DNA from: Candidatus Epulonipiscium sp. | GTDB taxonomy: Bacteria; Bacillota; Clostridia; Lachnospirales; Defluviitaleaceae | Length of the DNA: 64,000 nucleotides | Reading direction: 5' to 3' | NCBI GenBank assembly: GCA_012519205.1 | Contig: JAAYQR010000028.1 | Location: 4,411-68,410, forward strand | Part shown: in pieces, positions 1 to 8,317 of the stretch | Layout: every line of letters starts with the position of its first letter | Position numbering within the stretch: the stretch's first letter is position 1 | Notes under the pieces: generated by a model | What the model was told of the DNA's origin: nothing | Seen by the model: the letters and a program-made list of their open reading frames with translations, nothing else | The model's database searches: none | Program-made: the position numbers and the translations under genes

Positions 1-334
1 CAAACACTTGTCCAAAGGCCCTAACATCTATCCATTCCTTGCATGCTGCCTCATATAATTTATCCTTATCTTTAAGAACATCTTTAGGTAGAGTCTTTTC
101 AGCTCGCTCTTTTAAACTTTTATACCCATCCATTTTATTATCATCTGATTGAACGAATACCCTTTTCCCATTTTGCATTAGCCTATTTCTTATTTTACGC
201 TTAATGCATACATCCGATATTTCACCTATACCGTCATAATTAATGCGTGGCCTGTTTCCATTTAAGGGATCACCATTGGGGTTTGCATTTTTCACACTAA
301 GAACCACTAAGAAATCATACTTATTATTTAACAT
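1..334 (-). CDS. cas7c: Cas7c (Csd2) type I-C backbone subunit, N-terminal part only; the gene runs off the left window edge
   Basis: Hand translation of the minus strand from ATG 334-332 gives MLNNKYDFLVVLSVKNANPNGDPLNGNRPRINYDGIGEISDVCIKRKIRNRLMQNGKRVFVQ... NANPNGDP is the Csd2/Cas7 N-terminal signature. The ATG overlaps the cas8c stop (AAATGTTAA). Absent from the ORF track because it is truncated by the window edge. Confidence 0.85.
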   Translation of the reverse strand, partial: MLNNKYDFLVVLSVKNANPNGDPLNGNRPRINYDGIGEISDVCIKRKIRNRLMQNGKRVFVQSDDNKMDGYKSLKERAEKTLPKDVLKDKDKLYEAACKEWIDVRAFGQVF

Positions 335-693
335 TTTACTTCCTCCTTTTTTCTTAATGCTGCACGTTGGCAGTGATAACCTAATAAAAATTCACCGGAT
401 AATGCTGTATCTTTTATGAAGTCTTCCGGTTCAAATAAATTCATTATTTCATCAATTAAGCTCTCCCTACTTTTACCTTTTCCTTTTAGTCTTGTGAAAG
501 ATGGTTTTAGCGCTAATTCGATTGCTTTCCATGTTGAAAATGGATACTGGGAAAACCTCTGCATTAATCTATCTGCATTTGTTAGTCGATTTTCATCATT
601 TGTATCCAATGCCCATCTTTCAACATTTTGAGCTATGGCTAATAGTCTGCCATATAGATAATCTCTACTTCGTCTTTCCTTATCCAGTGCCAT
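328..693 (-). CDS. cas11c: Candidate Cas11c small subunit, translated from an internal start within cas8c (121 aa, same frame)
   Basis: In-frame ATG at 693-691 is preceded by a perfect AAGGAGG (708-702) at 8-nt spacing inside the cas8c coding sequence. The product starts MALDKERRSRDYLYGRLLAIAQ. Internal translation of Cas11 from the cas8 3' end is reported for type I-C systems. Confidence 0.6.
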   Translation of the reverse strand: MALDKERRSRDYLYGRLLAIAQNVERWALDTNDENRLTNADRLMQRFSQYPFSTWKAIELALKPSFTRLKGKGKSRESLIDEIMNLFEPEDFIKDTALSGEFLLGYHCQRAALRKKEEVKC

Positions 694-2130
694 ACTTATT
701 TCCTCCTTCTTATAATCATAGCAATACTTTTTATATAATGCACAAGTGATACTAAGAGATTTGTCAAAATTCCATTGTTTTTCAAATGCAACCCTATTTA
801 CTGTTCTTCTAACGGAATTCTGAACTAAATCTAAAGGTATCTTTTGTCCATCCGTGATACAAGTTAAAATTCTATCTATCACCTGCATTTTAACTTTTGT
901 ATTAACTTGCTTTCCCTCGCCAAAAATTGTATTTGCGATATCCATAGGGGCCGGAGCTCCAACGAATACATGAGGTTTTTTATAATGATGAATCCAATTG
1001 CAGGTTGTATGCCACTTTTCTAATTTGTCGATAAAATCTTCGGGATTCATTTCCTGATAATATGTAATGGATAATCTTCCATCGGTAACTGATTCGAGAC
1101 TCATTAATACAACGTGATCAAGTTCATCTAGTTTTGAATTGTATCCACGTAATTTCATATTAATTTTATTGGCAACTTCTTCCCCTGTATAAGTAACTGC
1201 ATTTTCACTTCCTTGATCTTCCCCACTTAGTAAATCAAAAGTATCATAAAAAATATTAGCAATTTCTACCTTAGATGTTCTCCAGCAAATAATCGTTTTT
1301 TTACCATTATTATATCCTTGCTTTGATATTAGCCACTTCACGGCATTATGGGCCTTTTGAGAAACTTCGTAACTTACCCCATAACTTTGAGTGGAATTTA
1401 GAAATCTTCCTCTGTAAGTAAATCCGTTAGAATCATTAGAACTTATTATTTTTGCATTAGCACACTTATTATATATGTTTTTAGGATGATTTATAGCAGT
1501 GGGTAAATGCTTGCCTAATACTTGGCAAAAGCCTTTTGATGTCAATGAAGAACTATAATATTTTTCCCAACTCTTAAAAAGACTAATATCCCTCCATACA
1601 CGACTTTCTTTTATATCTATTTGTTCAACACACCATCTTATAAAATCATCATTATTTTCCACATTCCCTTTATCATCCAAGGTATATACCTTTGCATTTA
1701 TCAAGTTTTCTATAAGAGTTCCTTTTTTTACATATTCATAAATGGCTTTTACCTTCCCATGGGTATCATTGGATACTGCCCATTGATATAAGTTTTTGCA
1801 GTAATCTTCATATCCATGCCATTTTTCGCCTCCATATTTCTTATAATCCCCAGCTAGATATTGTACCTTATCACATAATGGATGTGGAACTGGATATTTA
1901 CCTGCTCTACCACCTGATTCTTCTGTGCAAGGTATAATTATGCTAGGGCTATCCTTATCTAAGATATGGGCTCTTAAAAAATTACCCTTTCCATCAATAA
2001 CCACTTCAATCTGCGCCTGTACAATAGTATGATATATGGGCAGTAGAGGAGTTGTATCTTCACTTTCTATAACTCCTACTTGTGAAATATTATTTTCATA
2101 TGTATCATAAAGTCTTTGAATCCAACTCAT
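328..2130 (-). CDS. cas8c: Cas8c (Csd1) type I-C large subunit
   Basis: The 600-aa ORF lies between cas5c and cas7c in the canonical I-C order. The N-terminus MSWIQRLYDTYENN is Csd1-like. I prefer ATG 2130 (GAGGAGG 6 nt upstream) over the track start 2145, which lies inside that SD. Confidence 0.85.
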   Translation of the reverse strand: MSWIQRLYDTYENNISQVGVIESEDTTPLLPIYHTIVQAQIEVVIDGKGNFLRAHILDKDSPSIIIPCTEESGGRAGKYPVPHPLCDKVQYLAGDYKKYGGEKWHGYEDYCKNLYQWAVSNDTHGKVKAIYEYVKKGTLIENLINAKVYTLDDKGNVENNDDFIRWCVEQIDIKESRVWRDISLFKSWEKYYSSSLTSKGFCQVLGKHLPTAINHPKNIYNKCANAKIISSNDSNGFTYRGRFLNSTQSYGVSYEVSQKAHNAVKWLISKQGYNNGKKTIICWRTSKVEIANIFYDTFDLLSGEDQGSENAVTYTGEEVANKINMKLRGYNSKLDELDHVVLMSLESVTDGRLSITYYQEMNPEDFIDKLEKWHTTCNWIHHYKKPHVFVGAPAPMDIANTIFGEGKQVNTKVKMQVIDRILTCITDGQKIPLDLVQNSVRRTVNRVAFEKQWNFDKSLSITCALYKKYCYDYKKEEISMALDKERRSRDYLYGRLLAIAQNVERWALDTNDENRLTNADRLMQRFSQYPFSTWKAIELALKPSFTRLKGKGKSRESLIDEIMNLFEPEDFIKDTALSGEFLLGYHCQRAALRKKEEVKC

Positions 2131-2839
2131 ACCCCGCCTCCTCATACCCTTCTAGTAGCCTTGGCTCACTTATTCCGACTGTACTAATCTGCTCAAAATC
2201 CATTTCTTTAATAATCTTTGGTGTAGTATCTACGAAATCCATTGAAAACATAATAACACCATCTTTCATTATCGGTTTCCAAAAATATGCCTTTAAATTG
2301 TTTTCTCCGGATTCACTTGGGTAATCAAATTTATAAAACATTCTGTCAAACCGTAGTTCTCCATAATTATCATAAAACCCCTTCTTCGCGCCATATACTA
2401 CAGGTTCTACATATGCCTGACATTCTCTTGTTCCAAGAAAAACATCTCGTCTGCCTCCTTTTTCAATCATTCTCTTCGCTACAAAGAAATGTTTATTTTC
2501 ATTCCTATCTACTTCTAAATCCGTTCTATTAAGATTCCATTCAAAATGGGCTCTTACTTCGTATTCAACATCGCTTAAGTATGTATAATATGAAAGGGTA
2601 TTTCCTCCATTGTAATTAATGGGTCTAATACCTTGGCTCTGGGTTCTGATAGGATTCATTACCCGAATCTCATCAATAATCCAGTGAAATGTCGGTTTCC
2701 AATATATGCTTTCACATATTCCCTTTAATGCTTGATAAGTCGGAATTTGATATGTGAACTTTTCTCCCCCAACACGGGTTATGGAATCAGTAAAAAGAGC
2801 GTACCTTCCATAAATTTTAAACTCAACTTGATTTCTCAT
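2105..2839 (-). CDS. cas5c: Cas5c (Cas5d) type I-C pre-crRNA endoribonuclease / Cascade subunit
   Basis: 244 aa. N-terminus MRNQVEFKIYGRYALFTDSITRVGGEKFTYQIPTYQALKGICESIYWKP is typical of Cas5d. Sits between cas3 and cas8c. Confidence 0.88.
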   Translation of the reverse strand: MRNQVEFKIYGRYALFTDSITRVGGEKFTYQIPTYQALKGICESIYWKPTFHWIIDEIRVMNPIRTQSQGIRPINYNGGNTLSYYTYLSDVEYEVRAHFEWNLNRTDLEVDRNENKHFFVAKRMIEKGGRRDVFLGTRECQAYVEPVVYGAKKGFYDNYGELRFDRMFYKFDYPSESGENNLKAYFWKPIMKDGVIMFSMDFVDTTPKIIKEMDFEQISTVGISEPRLLEGYEEAGYELDSKTL

Positions 2840-2848
2840 AATCTCCTC

Positions 2849-5293
2849 CTATAAAATTGTGGCTTCTACAGCTTTTGATTCCATTAGTAAACCATAAGCA
2901 TCATCATAATAGGCCTCTGATAAATAATAGATTCCTGAATTCTTTTGAGTTTCATATATGGCTTCCATTTTACATAGGGCCTCAATTTGATAATGAAATA
3001 AATTAACCGAATGTCTTTGAGCTAACTTAAGATATGCGTACCCCTGTTCTAGGTAATACATGGCACATAAACCTGATATTATTTCTTTACTTTCATTGTT
3101 ATATGGAACAATAATGCCTTGGGTATATGTATCGATGGCTCTATAATTTTTAGCTGCTGTATCAAAAGCCTGTGTAAGGGTAATATGGGTGGCTTGTTTT
3201 CTATACTTAGCTGCCTCTATAGACTTTTCATTTATTGATAATAAGTTAAATATGTTATCTTGAACTCCCTCCTTCAATTTCACCAAATAAGGCATTCCCT
3301 CTTTTCTTTTGAAAAAGTAATACTCATAATATTTTTCTAAAGCTTTAGGACTAAGTAAATCATTATCAAACCTATCCGGTAAAACTCTATATTCTTCTAG
3401 AATCCGCTCCGTTACTTCTTTTCCCTTTAGAATATCCGTTAATCGAGATAACTTTTCATCTTTTGGATTAACTATGTAGACTTTTCCCTTATCTTTCATG
3501 AAACCATTTCTATTGCATCGACCTGCAGCCTGGACTATGGAATCTAACCCTGCCAAGTATCGAATAACTACATCAAAATCTATATTTATCCCCGCTTCCA
3601 TTAATTGTGTACTTACACAAATGATTGGTTCTGCCGTCCCATCCCTTGCCCGTTTAAGTTTATCAATCATTTCATTCAAACGCTCCATACGGTGAATAGG
3701 GCACATGCTTGTACTTAAATGATATACATTTTTAGAGTATTTATTTAATATTTTAGTGACTTTCATAGCAGAATTCTTTGTATTAACAATTATTAAAACA
3801 CTTTTTCCTTCTTTTACTTTATTTAAAACAAATTCTACTATTTCTTCGTTCTCCCATCCTCCAGTTTTTGTAAGATCTTCTGTAATAGTTCTTGAAAATT
3901 CTTTGTATAAGTTATTTGTGTTTTTAATGATTCTGTTCTTACTGTGGATATTTAATGCATAGGATTTAGGCTCAATTCTATCTAGAAGTGGTTGAGTGGC
4001 TGTACATAATACTATGGATGAGTGACATATTTCTTTTAGAAACTGCATGGCCATATTGAATAAATAAATAAATTTTACTCCTAATGTTTGTATTTCATCA
4101 AAAATTATTATGGAATTAGCCAATTGATGCATTCTTCTAACACTTCTTGTCCCTCCTGCAAATAACGTATCTAATAATTGCACCATAGAAGTAAAAATAA
4201 TGGGAGCATCCCAATTCTCTGATAATAATTTTGTTGTAGGCGTTTCTTCATCCTCAGTCAAGTTAGAGTGATGTTCTAAAACAACAGTTCCAAATTCCTC
4301 ATTAGTTTCTAAGATATCTCTAATTTCTTGAGCATTTTGATCAATAATCGTATTAAAGGGCACCACATATATAATTCTATCCATTTTATTTTCTTTGGCA
4401 TGGTGAAGTGCAAATCGCAGACTAGATAAGGTCTTTCCTCCACCTGTTGGAACTGTAAGTTGAAAAATATCATTATTAGCTTTCGCCGCAATTTTACAAC
4501 TATTAGATATCTCTGTTCTTAAACTATCTATCTTATTACGAATCTGAAATTTAGAAATATAATTTTCTAATCTTTCTATTAGAGTTGTCCAATCTATATA
4601 TTCACTATTTAAACGTCTCGTCTTCCCCATTGGCATTTGAAAGTCTGCGGTATCTTGCCTATCTGCATCTATCAAACAACTAAATAAATACTTTATAAGT
4701 AGACCAAACATATAAAAAGTTGTTTTATCGTCTTTAAATTTCTTTATACGGTCAAGATTATTCTTAAGCGGTGTAACTAAATCTTCATTAGTTAATTTAT
4801 CAATTAGAGATTTTAATTCATCATCCAAATTATTTACTGCCTCTATTAATCTCTCAATTGTTTCAGCCTTCTGCATTTTTTCATGTAGTAAGTTATTCCC
4901 ATCAGGAGTTAGACAGTCAATCAATCCCCCATGATGTGATTTAATTATTAATGATATAATGGACCTAATCCTTTCATCTATTTTTTCCAATTGATATATG
5001 TATTGTGCTCCTATTGATGAGTGATCTACTTTTCCCTTCCATTGGATGGGCTCCATATAATTTTTATCACCCTTATCTAATAATGCAGTTTGTGATTTTA
5101 TATATGAATTAAATAATTCTGTTTGTTTCCCTAAATCATGTAGTAGCCCTATTAATTCCCCCCATGATTTCATGCCAACTTTATTAGCATATTTCCCAGC
5201 TAGACGAGATGTTTCAATTAAGTGCTCTTTTACAGTCTGAATCACATCATCTTCTTTCCTATAATGCGCAATAAATATTTCATTTGAACTCAC
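2849..5293 (-). CDS. cas3: Cas3 HD nuclease / SF2 helicase (type I signature protein)
   Basis: N-terminal HD motifs HDLGK, SHHGG and IDADR. Helicase motif I PTGGGKT and motif II FDEIQ. 814 aa. GTG start at 5293 with GGAGGGAGG upstream. Confidence 0.93.
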   Translation of the reverse strand: MSSNEIFIAHYRKEDDVIQTVKEHLIETSRLAGKYANKVGMKSWGELIGLLHDLGKQTELFNSYIKSQTALLDKGDKNYMEPIQWKGKVDHSSIGAQYIYQLEKIDERIRSIISLIIKSHHGGLIDCLTPDGNNLLHEKMQKAETIERLIEAVNNLDDELKSLIDKLTNEDLVTPLKNNLDRIKKFKDDKTTFYMFGLLIKYLFSCLIDADRQDTADFQMPMGKTRRLNSEYIDWTTLIERLENYISKFQIRNKIDSLRTEISNSCKIAAKANNDIFQLTVPTGGGKTLSSLRFALHHAKENKMDRIIYVVPFNTIIDQNAQEIRDILETNEEFGTVVLEHHSNLTEDEETPTTKLLSENWDAPIIFTSMVQLLDTLFAGGTRSVRRMHQLANSIIIFDEIQTLGVKFIYLFNMAMQFLKEICHSSIVLCTATQPLLDRIEPKSYALNIHSKNRIIKNTNNLYKEFSRTITEDLTKTGGWENEEIVEFVLNKVKEGKSVLIIVNTKNSAMKVTKILNKYSKNVYHLSTSMCPIHRMERLNEMIDKLKRARDGTAEPIICVSTQLMEAGINIDFDVVIRYLAGLDSIVQAAGRCNRNGFMKDKGKVYIVNPKDEKLSRLTDILKGKEVTERILEEYRVLPDRFDNDLLSPKALEKYYEYYFFKRKEGMPYLVKLKEGVQDNIFNLLSINEKSIEAAKYRKQATHITLTQAFDTAAKNYRAIDTYTQGIIVPYNNESKEIISGLCAMYYLEQGYAYLKLAQRHSVNLFHYQIEALCKMEAIYETQKNSGIYYLSEAYYDDAYGLLMESKAVEATIL

Positions 5294-5456
5294 TATGAAT
5301 ACGCCTCCCTCCTTAATATTCTACATTTTTTTATACAAAAAAACAATATAATTTCAAAAAAAAGTGAAAAACAGTCAATAATATAAAAACGTGCATAAAC
5401 AACCAATTTGTATCAGTAGCTTATACACGTTTACTATTAAGTCCTAATAAAAATTA

Positions 5457-5888
5457 TTAAACTCTATCCATATACTCCCCATAACCTTCTTCTTCCATCT
5501 TATCCTTAGGAATAAATTTCAAAGCAGCGGAATTGATACAATACCTAAGGCCGCCTTTTTCTATGGGTCCATCATTAAATACATGTCCAAGATGGGAGTC
5601 AGAGCCAGAACTTCTTACCTCTGTTCTTATCATATTGTGACTGTAATCTTGCTTTTGCTTTACCAAATTGCTATCAATGGGTTTTGTAAAAGAAGGCCAG
5701 CCGCACCCTGATTCGAATTTTTCCCTAGATGAAAAGAGGGGTTTGCCACTTATGATATCGACATATATCCCATCTTCAAAGTTATCGTTATATTCGTTTT
5801 GAAAAGGCGGTTCGGTCCCATTTTCTTGAGTTACTTTGTACTGGATATCTGTTAACTTTTTCTTTAATTCCTCTTTGCTTTCTGCCAT
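5457..5888 (-). CDS. msrB: Peptide-methionine (R)-S-oxide reductase MsrB
   Basis: 143 aa with SelR motifs [17 protein letters not shown] and RYCINS. Confidence 0.92.
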   Translation of the reverse strand: MAESKEELKKKLTDIQYKVTQENGTEPPFQNEYNDNFEDGIYVDIISGKPLFSSREKFESGCGWPSFTKPIDSNLVKQKQDYSHNMIRTEVRSSGSDSHLGHVFNDGPIEKGGLRYCINSAALKFIPKDKMEEEGYGEYMDRV

Positions 5889-5957
5889 AGATATATCACC
5901 TCAGTTTTATAATGCCCCATTTTGGGAAATTTAGAATATAATTATGCTATAAATTAT

Positions 5958-5985
5958 AAAAAAAAGACAAGCATAGATGCCTGCC
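5958..5985 (-). terminator. Rho-independent terminator downstream of the oxidoreductase gene
   Basis: Minus-strand RNA GGCAGGCAU-CU-AUGCUUGUC forms a stem (with G-U pairs) followed by U8. Confidence 0.6.
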
Positions 5986-6028
5986 CTACAAACTTTGAAC
6001 CTTTTTAATGGTTGGGATTTGTTGTTTA

Positions 6029-7003
6029 TTAGATTATACCGATTTGTTTTCTGATGGTATCTAGAGTTTGTTGAATTTCCAAGGATTCCTTAAGGGGCAT
6101 AATATCACTTTCTAACTTACCTTCCTTAAGGCATCTGATAACTTCTTCTATTTCATAATTATATCCGTTGCCTTCCATGGGCATATGGATTGTTTCTTGA
6201 TCCTTATTGTGTACTTGGATAAAAGCTTTTTCAGCTCTATACCAACCATGGGGGATATGTATATACCCCTTATCACCTATAATAAATATATTTTTGGGGG
6301 TTTCTGTCATTATTGCGCAGCTTAAAAGTGCCATTTCCCCATTTTCGTATCCAAAAATCATGGATGATTGCTCATCTACCCCCGTATGACATATATCTGA
6401 TATGACTTTTATCTCTTTGGGTTGCCTATTATATATCATGGATACAAAAGAAATAGGGTATACCCCTACATCCATTATTGCCCCCCCTGCTAGATTTTTA
6501 TCAAAACGGATATCATCATATCCCGTGCTGGACTTAAATCCAAAATCTCCTTTTATCATTTTAACTTTACCAATGATATCTTCATTGAGTATTTCCCTTA
6601 TCCTTCTAATCAGTGGAAAAAACCTTGTCCACATGGCTTCCATCAGAAATACATTATTTTCTTTGGCTATGCTAATCATTTCTTCTGCATCTTTTTTGCT
6701 CCCTGCAAAGGGTTTTTCGCAGATTACTGCTTTTTTATTTTTGAGGCACAATATTGCATGGTCTTTATGTAGTCCATTAGGAGTCGAAATATAAACGACA
6801 TCAATTTCTTCGTCTTTAGCCAATGCCTCATAATTATCATATCTTTTTTTAATTCCAAAGATATCTCCAAATTCATTAGACTTGGTTATATTTCTTGATG
6901 CGATGCCGATAAGCTCAGCTTCTTTTGCATATTTTATGCCTTCTGCAAACTTCTTGGCAATTCTTCCTGCTCCTATAATTCCGAATTTGATTTTTTTGTA
7001 CAT
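6029..7003 (-). CDS. Gfo/Idh/MocA family NAD(P)-dependent oxidoreductase
   Basis: N-terminal Rossmann motif KFGIIGAGRIAKKF and EKP motif (CEKPFA). Start moved to ATG 7003 (MYKKIKFG), which has GGGAGG 7 nt upstream. Confidence 0.8.
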   Translation of the reverse strand: MYKKIKFGIIGAGRIAKKFAEGIKYAKEAELIGIASRNITKSNEFGDIFGIKKRYDNYEALAKDEEIDVVYISTPNGLHKDHAILCLKNKKAVICEKPFAGSKKDAEEMISIAKENNVFLMEAMWTRFFPLIRRIREILNEDIIGKVKMIKGDFGFKSSTGYDDIRFDKNLAGGAIMDVGVYPISFVSMIYNRQPKEIKVISDICHTGVDEQSSMIFGYENGEMALLSCAIMTETPKNIFIIGDKGYIHIPHGWYRAEKAFIQVHNKDQETIHMPMEGNGYNYEIEEVIRCLKEGKLESDIMPLKESLEIQQTLDTIRKQIGII

Positions 7004-7034
7004 ATATTTGCCTCCCGTCATATTTATGAGGATA

Positions 7035-7063
7035 TTATACTATTGGCATATTTTATATTCAAA
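7035..7063 (-). promoter_or_regulatory. Sigma-A type promoter for the oxidoreductase gene
   Basis: Minus strand reads TTGAAT (7063-7058), 17-nt spacer, TATAAT (7040-7035). Confidence 0.55.
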
Positions 7064-7141
7064 GTATCCCCCATTCTTAAAATTATATTTGTATTGCAAA
7101 AGGCATCAAAGAATCAGGAGAGTTAGGGTATAGGTTTATTC

Positions 7142-8305
7142 TTACATGGAATCATGTCGATATCTGTGAATCCATCTTTTTACTAATTCTAGCAAAGAGC
7201 CTTGATAATCTTTTTGTTTACCTTGTTCTTTTTGTATACGGGCTTGTTCGAGTTTTGCTCCTTCATATTCATCGTTAATTTTAAGTGCTTCTTGGATTGC
7301 TCTAGATGCATCTTCTAGTTTTTTCTTTTTTCTATATAGTCTTGCTAATCTGACCCAAGCTAAAATATAATTCTTATTTATTTCTATACTTTTTTGGGCA
7401 TAATCTATTGCCAATTCTTCTTTGTTCCAGCTTTCATATAGATTCGAATATTCCAACCAATACTCTTCTTTCCTAAGCTTAGAAGGGATTTGTTCTAGAT
7501 AGTCTTCTGCTAGTTCGTATTGCCTTTTACCTATATATAGCCTTGATAATCTTATATAACTATCATAATCATCACCTTTTTTAATAGACCTTTTATAAGA
7601 CTCCACTGCCTCATTTTCACTGCCTTGATTGTTATACAGTTCTCCGTAGTAAAACCATATTAGTTTAGAATCCTCCATAGCTGCTGCTTCATTAAGATAT
7701 TCTGCTGCTTTTTCATAATCTGTTTTAAGTATATAGAGTTCTGTTAGATTTAAAAGTATAGACAAATTATTAGATTCTTTTTCATTTGCTTTGGTAAGAA
7801 AATAGGCAGCATCATCATACCATCCTAAGTGCATACAAGCAATTCCCATATTATTATAAACCTTGGAGTTTTCATCAAAGACTATGGCTTTTTTATACCA
7901 CTTTATTGCTTCCTCTGGCTTTTTTAAGGACATAAAATAATCGGCTTTTTCCTTACACTTTTCCCACTCTGCTTTATTTTCCCATTTGAAAATTTCTTTT
8001 CTTAGAGTATCTAATTCAGATTCATAAAAATAATCAATAAGATCTAGAAACCCAATATACTGTTCTGTTATGGATTGCTGCCCATCTTTTATCCTTTTTA
8101 TCTGTCCACTTATATGAGATAAACCTAATTCCACTCTTACCCAGTCTTCTAGTTTTCCCATTAAAAAGTCATCAATAGACTGCTTCCAATAATGGTAGCA
8201 GTGATAATACAATTCTTCTATGGAATATACCTTAATTTTAGTCATATAAAAATAGTATGGTCTCTCCACTGTTTCAGGAGAGACGCTAAGTATTAATGAG
8301 GACAT
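7142..8305 (-). CDS. TPR-repeat protein, last gene of the multi-Hsp70 operon
   Basis: About 7 degenerate 34-aa TPR units, e.g. AIKWYKKAIVFDENSKVYNNMGIACMHLGWYDDA, AVESYKRSIKKGDDYDSYIRLSRLY and AIDYAQKSIEINKNYILAWVRLARLY. Preferred start is ATG 8305 (GAGGTG upstream). The track start GTG 8314 lies 3 nt after the upstream stop. Confidence 0.8.
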   Translation of the reverse strand: MSSLILSVSPETVERPYYFYMTKIKVYSIEELYYHCYHYWKQSIDDFLMGKLEDWVRVELGLSHISGQIKRIKDGQQSITEQYIGFLDLIDYFYESELDTLRKEIFKWENKAEWEKCKEKADYFMSLKKPEEAIKWYKKAIVFDENSKVYNNMGIACMHLGWYDDAAYFLTKANEKESNNLSILLNLTELYILKTDYEKAAEYLNEAAAMEDSKLIWFYYGELYNNQGSENEAVESYKRSIKKGDDYDSYIRLSRLYIGKRQYELAEDYLEQIPSKLRKEEYWLEYSNLYESWNKEELAIDYAQKSIEINKNYILAWVRLARLYRKKKKLEDASRAIQEALKINDEYEGAKLEQARIQKEQGKQKDYQGSLLELVKRWIHRYRHDSM

Positions 8306-8317
8306 CTTATTCACCTC

